The position numbers and the translations under genes are program-made. The notes under the pieces were generated by a model that saw only the letters and a program-made list of their open reading frames with translations, was not told the origin of the DNA and made no database searches. Shown piece by piece: positions 38,255 through 49,359 of a stretch of DNA of 64,000 bases. How positions within the stretch are numbered: the stretch's first letter is position 1; each line of letters begins with the position of its first letter. Source of the DNA: Neoechinorhynchus agilis (Eukaryota; Animalia; Acanthocephala); NCBI GenBank assembly GCA_051530055.1, contig CM121341.1:18020784-18084783 (forward strand). Direction: 5' to 3'.

Positions 38255-39935
38255 ATGAGTGGTCGATTGGTGAGCGTTCTCTTCCTTACCTGGCTCGCAT
38301 CTTTCGTCTCGAGTAAGCAAGGAATATCGCTTCGTTGGCTTAATGTAAATCAAACAGAGACAATTATCGGTATCCGCGAAATTAGAGAAGCAAATCACCC
38401 CTTTGTTGTCTATGTCGTAAGCTCAAACTTAAATCGCATAACTGGCGCAATTCAATCAATAATTGTTCGCTTGGAAGGAAAACCTGAATATACTCTTTGC
38501 GATCCCGCTCTTCCGTTGACCAATCAACAGCCAACCAAGTCCGTAGTGAATTCTATTGTGTTAAAATTAAGTCAACTTGTGTCTGCTAAATTTCTTGGGA
38601 AGGTAGCTTTAAAATGCGGGGTCCTGGCAAGTATAGCGAAATAAAATTTTTACCAATCTTCGGAATGTTCTCGTCTTATAAGACGTCTAATCTGTTGCAT
38701 GGTTCCTTTGCTACAATTGAGCGAATCGAAAAATAACTCACATAGGATTTGTTTTTAAGTTCATCGCTAAACATTTCTTTTTTTCTAATTTTGGGTGTAT
38801 CAGTAATCTTTTTTGTCTTTAATTGCGAAATTTATTTATCTCACCCAGAAAATAAGTGATGACATCGGGTAGGTTAGATGAACTCTTGGAGCTCAATGAA
38901 TGATTTTTTATTTTAGAAATACGTGGACAAAATTTTTTCTTCATTTCTCAGTTGAACTCTTGCTCATTAAATAATGCATTGCTACCTTCTATAACCGTGG
39001 ATCGCACTTAGCTAATATTATAAATGTCGTAGATCCGTTCAATTTGACATGTATTGCCATTTGGAGGGCCAATACCGATGTTCGGATAAAGGTAATCTAT
39101 TCTACTGTTGATTTTTTACGCGTTGGCGTCATTCTATTTACGACTATGCTATTCTTTGCATCCGGTCAAATAAGTCGATCCTGCATATTCTACCATTTGG
39201 CTTGGTGTGCATTGTGTTCAATAGCAATGATGGCCGGAATTTTAATTGTAATTTCGCAAATTGGAAAAAAACAATCATTGATTTCTGGTACAGTGTTGCT
39301 CACTGTATTCTACACCATTGCGCAATCTGACTGGTGGATCAAAGGCATTCTGTTTGCTCAACCGTCAATATTTATTATTGTGGTCTTTATTGTCTTTTCA
39401 GAAATCCTTGCTATTTGGTTTGGAGCGTTGGATAATGTTATTGGGAATTCTATCTTAGCAAAACGTCGTCAATTGATAGTTTCTATCAATCTCAAATTAA
39501 GTAGCATTCTGCTATTCTTCATTTATGTGAATTGTCTCACTCTGGCGGATTGGGCTCTTAGGAGACAATTATCAATATGGATTTCGGACTTGGGAATCGA
39601 TATTTCTTTACGTTCTATTAGTTTTACTCGCATGTTTTACCACTAGACGCTTAAGAATGATGTATTTGAAAAGACAGAAATGGCTTATTAAAGGAGATCA
39701 TCCTAGACTCTTATCTATGGATGAATATGAAATTCAAGGCATTGAATATACAAAACTTTCCCTAGCTAAATTGAGAGAAGAATTATCGATCGCTAATGCA
39801 GCAGAATTGTGCGGGATCCTTAGGAAGGTAAGACACGCAGATAAACTCGCCGATTTTGTATGTAACGGAAATCACGTCACTTTTTCATATGAGGATGAAC
39901 TTGAAGACTACTTTGGTGACATCAGTGAAAATTAA
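38255..39935 (+). CDS. NEMP1: Nuclear envelope integral membrane protein (NEMP/TMEM194 family), multi-exon
   Basis: Signal peptide, LFFASGQISRSCIFYH, TM bundle, and RLLSMDEYEIQGIEYTKLSLAKLRE...KLADFVCNGNH, which resembles the NEMP motif RLLTEEEY..QG..ET..AL..LR. The symbol is family-level only. Confidence 0.75.
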
Positions 39936-39997
39936 AATTGCTTATATTAAACATGTTTACAGTCTTTCTGGAATGTTTTCGATGCGGTTTGCGCTAA

Positions 39998-40100
39998 TGT
40001 GAGGTACCGGGGTAAAGACGTTTCGAATCTCCTCGGAGCGTCGTTTAATAACTAACAAACTGATGATTAATCCGACGAACTTCGAAACGTCTTTAATAAA
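39998..40100 (+). mobile_element. Decayed family A PLE derivative with hammerhead-like core
   Basis: ATGTGAGGTACCGGGG, an inverted AAAGACGTTTCGAA, then AAA-CTGATGA(from 40060)...TTC-GAAAC-GTC-TTT. Confidence 0.6.
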
Positions 40101-40260
40101 CAATTATTTGCAACAATAATTCTACTTAAAGAATGTCCCGGACCTGCAGTAAATGAGGTGAAACTAAAGCATAAATACACATTTCTGGCTATAAGTGGTC
40201 AGAGACTAGTTTCTACACTTAGAAAACGAAATAGTGATTATTGAGTATAAAAACCATATT

Positions 40261-40492
40261 CCATCCAATTGTTCCTTCGAGTGAATGTGTATTCTCAATG
40301 GCGAATTGTAACACACTTGAGTTTTATTAAAATTAACCTTGCGAATTTTCAAGGCCTCAGCCTCCTTCTCAAGCATTGTTTGTAAGAACATTTAAAACTT
40401 ACAAACAATGCTTGAGAAGGAGGCTGAGGCTTTGAAAATTCGCAATGTTGACTTCAATAAAACTCGAATATGTTACAATTCGCGATTGAGAA
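40261..40492. mobile_element. Family D palindromic element (~95-bp arms) with a UUGAGAA hammerhead variant in each arm
   Basis: 40292-40386 is a near-perfect reverse complement of 40398-40492. The arm reads TGC-TTGAGAA-G-GAGGC-tgag-GCYTT-GAAA-AT-TC-GCA. Confidence 0.75.
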
Positions 40493-40639
40493 AAACCAAA
40501 TTGTAACTGAAGTATCATATCTTCTCCCCATCTCGAGAAATTTTTACCTTAATGATTTATTATACAATGGCACGTTGAGTTGTTAAAATTCTAAGAATAG
40601 GACACATGTACCGTGGGGTTCTCATAAACACTTGAGTTC

Positions 40640-40925
40640 AGAGTTGATAAAAGAATGCGGATATTGATTATTGAGTACATTAATGTCTTGGCCGGGTGGT
40701 AATATCCGGCCTGAGTATGTCCGTTCGGGTGGGGATTCACGGATATTGTTTGCAGTAGAGCATGTGAGGTTGTTATTTCCTCAGGTTCATTTCAGGTTAT
40801 GATAACCGAGAAGGTTGGGCAGTATGGAAAAAGGAGCGTATGTAGAGGGAGGTGCGAGGTTTAGGAGGATGAAATGAATTAGAATTACGAATGTTGTGAT
40901 CATGTGAGAAGGGGACGACACGTGG
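40640..40925 (-). mobile_element. CR1/L2-group LINE 3' remnant
   Basis: Minus frame SHDHNIRNSNSFHPPKPRTS resembles the ORF2 tail of the LINE at 49360-53245 (NTRNPNLFHPP) and the copy near 42900. Confidence 0.5.
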
Positions 40926-42367
40926 TAAAAATGGTGATGGTTTACGATTTGGGAAAGTTCTTGGTTAAGTGCTTGACAGAAGTAACATCACAAGTAGCTG
41001 TCAATGTGAAGAATTCGAGAGATTTCGTCGAAAAACTGAGGGATACCAACATTTCGGAAAAATGTACAATTTTCACAATGGATGTGCCATAAATGCGGCG
41101 ACCCCACACCTCCTTCCGGTTCTTCATGGAATCGATCCCAAAACACACCTAAAGAATCTGCTTGAGTTGGCTTGCGCGGCAAATTTCGAGTTTGATGGAA
41201 AGTATTATGTTCAAAAGTGAGGGGTAGTCATGGGCTCACCTATTGCTCCAGTTCTGGCTAATCTTTTCATGGATCACTTAAAAAAAGCGCAATGGAAACG
41301 TATGCGATCAAACCAGTCTTCTACAAAATATTGTAGATGATATATTCGTGATTTGGCCCGGTAGCGAACAGAGTGCTAACGATTTCATGGAACATCTCAA
41401 CCGCCAACATAATAGAATCAAATTCACTATGAATAGGTCCGATGAAAATGGAAGGTTGCCGTTTCTAGATGTGTTGATTCAAAAAAATGGAACACAAATT
41501 ACTACATCGGTCTACAGAAAGTCAAATGATACATATAATTATATACTGTGGAGCAGTGCTTACAACAAGAGCACAAAAGTTGGTATATTCAAAGGCTTTC
41601 TACATCGTGTCTACAACATCTGCAGTGAGGAGTGCTTCAGTGCTGAAATCCAACAGCTGAAACGAATTTTCAGCAAGTTGGGGTACCCAAAGATGTTCTT
41701 AGTTCAGCGCGAGAGCAAGTGGACCGTGCGAGGAACACCCAGTCAAAAGAAACAGTCATGGACCCAAATCGAATGGACCTGCGCATTGGAGTGCCAGACA
41801 TAGGCCCACAAACCAACCGTTGGAGCAACAAAATTTCACGGATTGTGAAGAACAGCGGTCTGCTGATAAAATGCCAATTTTATTTCCAACCTTCTGTGCT
41901 GATAGGAAACCTCATTTCCCGCAAATACCAGGAGGTGAAAAAGAGAGCTGTTGATCCGAAGACGAGATTGGCAGAACATAAACGGTCCACGACTCATAAG
42001 GTGGTAGCGTCGAATATTGAACTACACGATGTGCAAACTGGCCACATGGTCAATTATGACCAAACGGAGGTTTTAGCAAGTGAACGCAATAATTTTCGAC
42101 GCTTAATTAAGGAAGCCATCTTAATCAAAGAACAGAAACCGGACATGAATGACCAACGAGGATACAAGCTCTGTCTGCACAGCTAAAAAATGAAACAACT
42201 CACTCAATCATTAGCGCGTGTGAGAGCGAAATAATTACTCATCCACTTGTATTTTAGAACTGATCAAGAACCCGGCGAGGTTCGAAACGTCTTTAATAAA
42301 TACTCATTTATCGGGTGTAAACCTAAAAAATAATTCTAACCACATTCCCCGATGCCTCACATATCGA
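40926..42367 (+). mobile_element. Degenerate Penelope-like retroelement (RT, thumb, partial GIY-YIG) with 3' pseudo-LTR
   Basis: VKNSRDFVEKL, FEFDGKYYVQK, MGSPIAPVLANLFM, DDIFVIWP, IKFTM...LPFLDVLI...TSVYRK, GYP and KTRLAEH...RRLIKEAILI, with stops and frameshifts. The pLTR at 42221-42367 has CTGATCAA...GGTTCGAAACGTC. Confidence 0.9.
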
Positions 42368-42719
42368 CATTTTAAGAGGCGGTTTGTTTCATGAAAATTT
42401 TAGGAGAGGCGATGGGTTCGAATCGGGAAAGAAGTGAGGATGAGGGCGGGCAAATGCACCTCATCAACAAGAGGGATGAGCTAGTGGAGTCGATGCGGAT
42501 GTTGTGACCTGTCTTGTGTCTCCCCACCTCACATTTTAGGTTGCCCAGCCAAAGCTAGGCAAATAAATAAACTCAAGGTCATATCTGTCAAATTAAATTA
42601 CCTAAAATTAAGCTTTTATTTATAAAGAGGGTCTATGAGTTAGGACGAATTTCGAGGTAATTTCTTGAGAGGCTGTAGTATATAATAACACGTGTATTTG
42701 TTAATCCAAAAGGAATAGG

Positions 42720-43000
42720 ACCAATGTACCTTTGGGTCCTTATAAGCACTCGATTTCTGATAGGTTGCATGAATTTGGTTGTTGATTATGGAGTGGATCA
42801 CGGGTTCGGTTGGGCGAGAATTGGTGGTTATTCTTGTGAGGTTGGATCTTTAGTCCTTTACATTTCGGTTGATGGTATGGAAAAATTAGGGGGAGGTTGG
42901 GGGAGGATGAAATGAATTGGGATTACGATTGTTTTGCCCATGTGAAAAGGGAACGACTTTAGAATTCTTTTTAAGGCATTGATGGTTTCTCCGCCGATGA
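42720..43000 (-). mobile_element. Second CR1/L2-group LINE 3' remnant
   Basis: GGAGGATGAAATGAATT..GATTACGA is shared with 40865-40892; the minus frame reads FSHGQNNRNPNSFHPPPTSP. Confidence 0.5.
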
Positions 43001-45741
43001 TATTGGCAAATTATTCGTCTTAATTGTTGAGTTTCGCAAAGAAATGCAAACTCCGATATTTTCCCGTTGATTAACGGATAAGCTCTTCCTGTGAGTGTGT
43101 TAATTGTCGAGAGATGAAGATTGATTGAATACATTTATCGTTTATCAACAATAGGAATCTATGTTGACAATTAATAAAAAATTTCGGTGGCCTTGACGTT
43201 AAAAGAAATGCTTTATGTATCTTGGTACTACCTCAGTCACGAAATTCGCGCTTGCGAAACCAATCGTACATTTTGTTGAAGACACTTATCAGACTAATGA
43301 TATGATCTCAATATTAATTTGATCAAACATTCTTGCTGTGGGATAAAATAATCACAGCAATGTTCTTTGATCTGCGTCGACCAATGCAGAAACAAGTCAG
43401 TATTTTATAATGATTGCAAATAAGAGTAAGCGCTCGAAATGCATTTTTGTGAGATAATCCTTCTTAAGTTATGAGACAAACCTGTAATGAACATTCGCCT
43501 TAAAGTGTTTTTGCAGTAATGACTATTAATACAGCACTGGTTTGTGTTCCCTGTTAAACACATTTAAAAGCTTAAAAGATTATAGATTTAAGAAATCAAT
43601 TCTTGATGCCAATAATATTTACTCGAATGTATGTTTATAATTGACTCTCAGCTTAGTCTCTTGAAGTCAAAAATTACGAAATAGTATGAAGTTCAAATTC
43701 GTAATTCAGTACATCTTAAACGAAGCTCCAATAATAACAATTTAGCCTAAAATATCAACGACGAAGCGCGATCCTTGAACTCGTAAATCAGCACAGCGAC
43801 TTCTGTCTTCGTAAGATGTGATTTATAGCACTTTCTAACAACCGAATGTTCGCAAAGATTGGAAAACCCAACTCACGATCTTATTTGAATGTCTTTTGCG
43901 TTTCTATTCTTAGCATCGTTGCTCTCTGCAATAATAGAGCAAAGAACTGGTTATAAACCTACTCTTTGCTTTTATCCATCACAAATCGTCCCTTCTGTAC
44001 CACTGATTCCGGCAACCGTAACCCGAACAAATCTGATTTCGATGAAAGGAATGTTTATGAGTTGAGTCTTTGAATTAATCAATTTAAAAATATTAAATGG
44101 GATACATCTTTTTTGAAATTGTTATACTGCTTATTAATTCAGAAACTTAACAACATTTGCACCACTACTAAAAAAAAATTTTCATGCCTTGTGCACCAGA
44201 GAGACATCGTAAGTAAACAAGCGTAGGCATTTTCTAACGATTTAGCTTTTTCAACTTCTGGATTAAAAAGAGCTTTTTATTAAATCCAGAATGTACATGT
44301 ACTGTAAATTGCAGATAATTGATAACGTGTTAATGAGTCCGTTTCAAATCTAATTTATTCACGATCACTCATTTTAAGGGAAAATATTTATCTCTCTTTA
44401 TAGTTTGAAAATATGGAGAAAGTGGAAGATATAAGTTCAGTTTATTCCCAATACTTCCTCTTTCGAGTGAACGCTTCTAATAAATTTTAGAAGATATGCG
44501 CAGCTAATTTATATCCCGCAAAAAATATTAGTGCTATTAGACTATTCCGATGGCACATTCGCCTTTTATTTTTCGCAAATAGATGCGTTTGAGTTATGTT
44601 CAATGAAGTTTGTTGTACAAGAATCAATGTTCATGAGTTGATTTAAACAATGCAATTTATGGTTTAGACTGACAAATACGAAGTGATCGTCGAGAAGCTT
44701 GGGATTTGCAAAGCAGGTCATTTTAAGGGAAAAGGTCATCTTTTAAGGAACGAATACAGGGTCCGATATGTTGTATCGGCAAGGAACGACTTGAGTTTAC
44801 TTATGAACTATTGGAATTCTGAGTATAGATGCTTATATACCGTGCTAGATCCATTTTTGGTCAAGCGTTGCAAAAAGGTATTTCATCATTAAATCGCCTA
44901 TATTCGTTTACAAAACATCACTATCTAGGATCCATGCGATAGAGGTACCTACGGTTCTGGGCGCAATTCATCGAATGGGTTTGCTAAGCCTCGACATGGG
45001 ATATGGCGACTTAATATCTTGATTTGTTTAGGTTAATGTGTGATGGATAGTGGAGTAAAAGAAATGATTCATAAAGTAAAACTTATTTAAATTTCTTTAT
45101 AAATGAATATTGAGTTGTTTTTATCGTGCTGGTCTGTAGAAGTCGTTTAGCCTTTTTAGCAATGTTCGAATTCTAAAGCAATAAATGATTTCTGTATCGT
45201 AATTTGGTTTCTTTTTGTAGTAAATGCAACGTACTTTATAAAGCACTCTTTTGGTACGCCTTCAGATTTCTCTCTCGTTGCAGATATTTTTCGGATTTTA
45301 AAGACATGTCTTGTTAACATGTTTGCATGCATTAAGTTCTCAATACTTTCTTTAGATTTCGAAAATTTCGTAATTCCATCTCACCTACTTTATATTGTGC
45401 AAACTACAAAGATGCCTGAATCGCACGTTGGAGCGGATAGAATTTTTGCACGTAGTTTCTGATAAATAATTCTTACTTTACTTAACATATTTAAAACGAA
45501 TTAAGTTCTTAAACTATAATTAACTGCTTTGTACAAGCAAGCAGTTAATGGTTTAATCCTGACATTGACATGTTGCTGTGACGAAGTCTTAAAAATCAAA
45601 TAAATGAGTTCCTCATGGAATCCACAGCATGTCTTGGTAACGATGGACAACTCAATTTTAGATAACTTGCGATTAAATGTTACTGGCAAGTCGAGTCTTT
45701 TTATTCAAGTTATGGCATCCCTTCCTCGGTTTTTTAGCATT

Positions 45742-45849
45742 AAGCCACACCGATTTCTTGCATATCACTTCTCTTATGCAAGAGATCGGTGTGGCTTCGT
45801 GCCGTGGCTACATGCCAAACAGCCGAGGAAGGGATGTCATAACCTGAAT
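45742..45849 (+). repeat. Second copy of the SINE 3' module, preceded by an inverted duplicate
   Basis: TCACTTCTCT...AAGAGATCGGTGTGGCTTCGTGCCGTGGC...ATGCCAAA...AAGGGAT...ATAACCTGAAT matches 34219-34301. 45742-45762 pairs with 45777-45797. Confidence 0.7.
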
Positions 45850-45903
45850 TACACTTAGGCTCCGAAATGCACCAAATGCAGACTCTGAGTAACAGAAAAT
45901 GAT

Positions 45904-46600
45904 TTAATATTTTTTCTGCCAAGGGTATCTATTCGGAGCGCAGAACCAGCATGAGGCATTCCACCATTTTTCATCTGATTTTAACGTAAAACGCGGAGCG
46001 ATTATACTAAAAACCATACTTACATAAGATCGAAATCTTCTCTGAAAATATTCGGCTCTAAAGGATTTTATACGGGCAATATCACAATCCTCTTCATAAG
46101 CTTTTCTCTGGTCAGGTTTGTCAATTTCGTTTCGACGGGTGATCGCAATAAGCCCGTTGGTGTCATCAAGCATCGCTTCGAAGAATTCATCTACAGCTTT
46201 TATTACCCGCGCCATTCCAATCTTATACTTTCGGCAAAAAATTTTCCTGATTGGTAAATTTTCCAAATAATTCTTTGGGAGCGGTCTTTTTTGAATCTCT
46301 TTTAGTTGAGTATTGAACCACAAAAGTACCGGGAGAGTATGGACCAGAAACATGTTTTGACCGAACCAGTTCCGCCTAACGCCTGCACAGTCCCATGCCG
46401 AGTACGGGCCAAGGTTTGGACTCTGCGCGTTGAAATACCCATATCGATAACTCAAATATTCCGAAGATCGATGCAAAAGATCGTAGATTTGTTCAAATCT
46501 ATAGACATGGTAGCGGTATTCATTGTAGACCCCACCACATGATTTGATACTCCGGGTGTTCGTAAAATTAACGATGTAGTCATTGAATTTTGTGTAGACC
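45904..46600 (-). CDS. Uncharacterised coding exon of about 230 codons, possibly part of a gene with an upstream TM-encoding exon (46872-47108)
   Basis: The frame stays open upstream of ORF 45904-46476 to a TATAG acceptor near 46600 (VYTKFNDYIVNFTNTRSIKSCGG...). No family recognised. Confidence 0.4.
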
Positions 46601-47349
46601 TATATAGAGTTTATGAAGCAAATCTATGAAAACTTGTACTTACATAAGGTACTGGCTTACTTTCTTGTTTACCCATAATGCCTTTAACTTTTTTTTAAAC
46701 ATTTATTACAAGAAAAATCGTTGCTGTGGTACATTTTGCGGATAATAGCGAAAATTTTCGCTGTTATGATAATATGGGTAAATACCGTTTGGGTAGACTG
46801 AACAATAAAACGTCGGTATAAGAAACTACAGAAGCTTCACTGTATACTATCTAAGCCTAGGCATAAAACTGTTATCGTAAATAAATCATATAAAACTCAA
46901 ATGCATGAGATTTATCAGAATTTGCCATAAATAAGATTGGGCTTTCAATTAGCAGATCGAATAAGATTTTTAAGATATCGCATCTAATTGTTTCCATAGA
47001 TATAAAATGCAAATAACGGCTAAATACCGCACTACATTGCGTGACCAATGCAAAAATTATTGTTATTATTAAGAACAGAATGCATAAACGATAAGTCCTA
47101 TCCAACAATTTCGATTCATTTCCATTTAGCTGATCTTCGAGCCTCGAGATCAGGAAGGAAATAACTAAAATAATGTTGAAGTAAGAAAAGAATTATTCCC
47201 CGCGAGATAATTCGGCATGCTCAGAAGCTTATGGAGACAGTACTCCCCTTCTTGTCTCGGCTTATAAGTACCAGCCAAAAATAACAAAACGTATTAGGGA
47301 GTGCGCCCATAAATACGGATTATATAGATCACACATAACAAAAAATTGA

Positions 47350-49348
47350 AATAACCAAATGGTTCTTATTACTAGTCTTAATTGTATGTATGACTAATTT
47401 TGTATATCCTCTTTTGATTGTCTGATGTTTATTATTGATTTTGTTTAAAATCTTAACTAATTGTATCGCTTCGTTTCCTTTAATGTATTTTATTATATTG
47501 CCTTCCTTGTTGATCATTGCGATATTCTATCTTCTCTTTCAAGTTAAATATTTTTTAAAAATTCCTCCTGTCTTTTTGATAAAAAATTGAGCAAAGCTAT
47601 CTTTCAATTCTGGTTGACGGCCTCTTCCAAAGAAACAGAACGCTCCTCCTAACATAGTTTTAAAAATGGGTATTTAATTTTATTATTTCAATAAAAAGTG
47701 AACTCAGATTCGAATTCATTGTAGTTCGTCTTCGGGTTGAAGAAAAGTCTATTCCTAAAAACCTTATGTTATTCTTTATGGGGCATTGTTCGGTGCTTTT
47801 ATTTTCCTTTAATATCCTGTTTAATTTGGCCCTTGCTGTTGAAGTTTTCGTTAGACAAATCATTTGTGTTTTATATTGGTGAAAAGATTTGCCCTTTTTA
47901 GCACTCGATCTAAATATGTTAAAAATAATCCTATTTGAAGTCAACCTTGCGAATTTTCAAGGCATCAGCCTCCTTCTCAAGCATCTAAAAATGGATGTGG
48001 TGGGTACCTAAGTTGGTAGCCTTGACTAGGGTTTGATTAGATAAAATTTTATTGTTCTTACATAGTAAAAAGAAAAGATCTTCTGCATAGACCCAGAATT
48101 TCAAATTGCCCTTTTCAATCCTTTCATAATTCTGATCATCGCTATTAAAAATAGTGTGGATGAGAGTGGAGAACCTTGGGGTACTCCATATCTTGAGAAA
48201 AATGGTGTTTTGTTTGGATCTACGTCTATAAAGAAAGATTTATACTCAAGAAGATATTGAGCCATCATTGTTAATTTTTTCGAGATTTATATTTCCCCCA
48301 TAGCTGTGTAAATAAAATTTCGGTCAATGGCATCGAATGCCTCGCTAATATCTATTTGCATCATTACTTTGTTTACACCTTCAGTTTCTCTGTTTGTTTT
48401 ATTCAAATCGCATAATAGAGGATTTACCCCTTCTCCGGGTACGAAGCCATTGAAATTTGATGGGATTAGTTTTTTCTATTAAAAAGTTCACAATTTTTTA
48501 TTCACTAAGTTTTCAATTATTGATATTAGAGGGTTTTAAATAGATATTAATCTCACATCCACGGGATTTTGGTATAATTACCTTTCTTACTTTATTAATT
48601 TTTAATACTTCAAAATTTAGTCTTTAATTTAATAGATTAAGGAGCTGATCTTTATTCTGTTGATTTATCAATTGAATCACCTTAGGCGAACACGATATGG
48701 AATTATTAGCAAATGAATTCCCTTTATCCCAATAGGCCTCTAGCTCCTCCTTCGATAGTAGCATCGTGTCCTTGACATTTTTTGGAAACCATGTGGGCGA
48801 AGCTACCACTCCAAATAGATTTTAAATAGAATTCGGCCTATCACCTCTGCGTAGGATATCGACCCTATCCAGTTCACCACTTTACTCTTCCAGTCTACCC
48901 ATTTTTTTTAAAAAGTATATCCCAAAATTTTGAGCTGTGTTTTTTTTGCCGACTTCAGCTTTAATCTGTCTTTTCTTATACTCTCATTAGCCAGTGATTT
49001 ATAAAATTCAGATTTGAAATATTTACAAAGTGTCGAATTTCTCCTCGGTTCATTTATTATAACCAGTCTCATTAGAGCATTTGTGTTCCTCGACGGCCTT
49101 CCCTTATGTACGTGAGAAAACGCAACTAAATTATCATTTGCAGTAAGGGATACAATGTTGTTCATTTCTGTCATGGTGATCCCCTGCCCTTTTAACCCCT
49201 GTTTTATTTGGCCATTAAATTTAAGGGCGTTTTCTGCGTTAAATGTTACACTCGTCTTTAGATCAAATTGCCCAAACTCTAATAAAATTAGGTCGTGTCC
49301 CATGGCATGTTGGTCCAGCATTTGTCCCACCATATCACACGAACTCAC
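47350..49348 (-). mobile_element. Decayed LINE ORF2 (end of APE plus RT): 3' half of a split element
   Basis: GHDLILLEF, QIDISEAFDAID (about 48330-48365), GVPQGSPLSSTLF (about 48150-48190), YAEDL (about 48080) and IRFLGI, with many stops and frameshifts. Confidence 0.8.
47937..47987 (-). mobile_element. Family D hammerhead half-element inserted in the decayed LINE
   Basis: AACCTTGCGAATTTTCAAGGCATCAGCCTCCTTCTCAAGCAT is nearly identical to 40335-40376. Confidence 0.7.
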
Positions 49349-49359
49349 ATATTTAAAAA

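Noticed and set aside
43760-44050. Stop-interrupted protein-like minus frame (GFPIFANIRLLESAINHIL)
   Set aside because: No motif could be assigned; probably an old TE remnant.
46700-46790. Hyaluronidase (GH56)-like YPxGxYPYY...PQ motif
   Set aside because: The catalytic DWExW motif is absent downstream and the frame is interrupted, so the resemblance is too slight.
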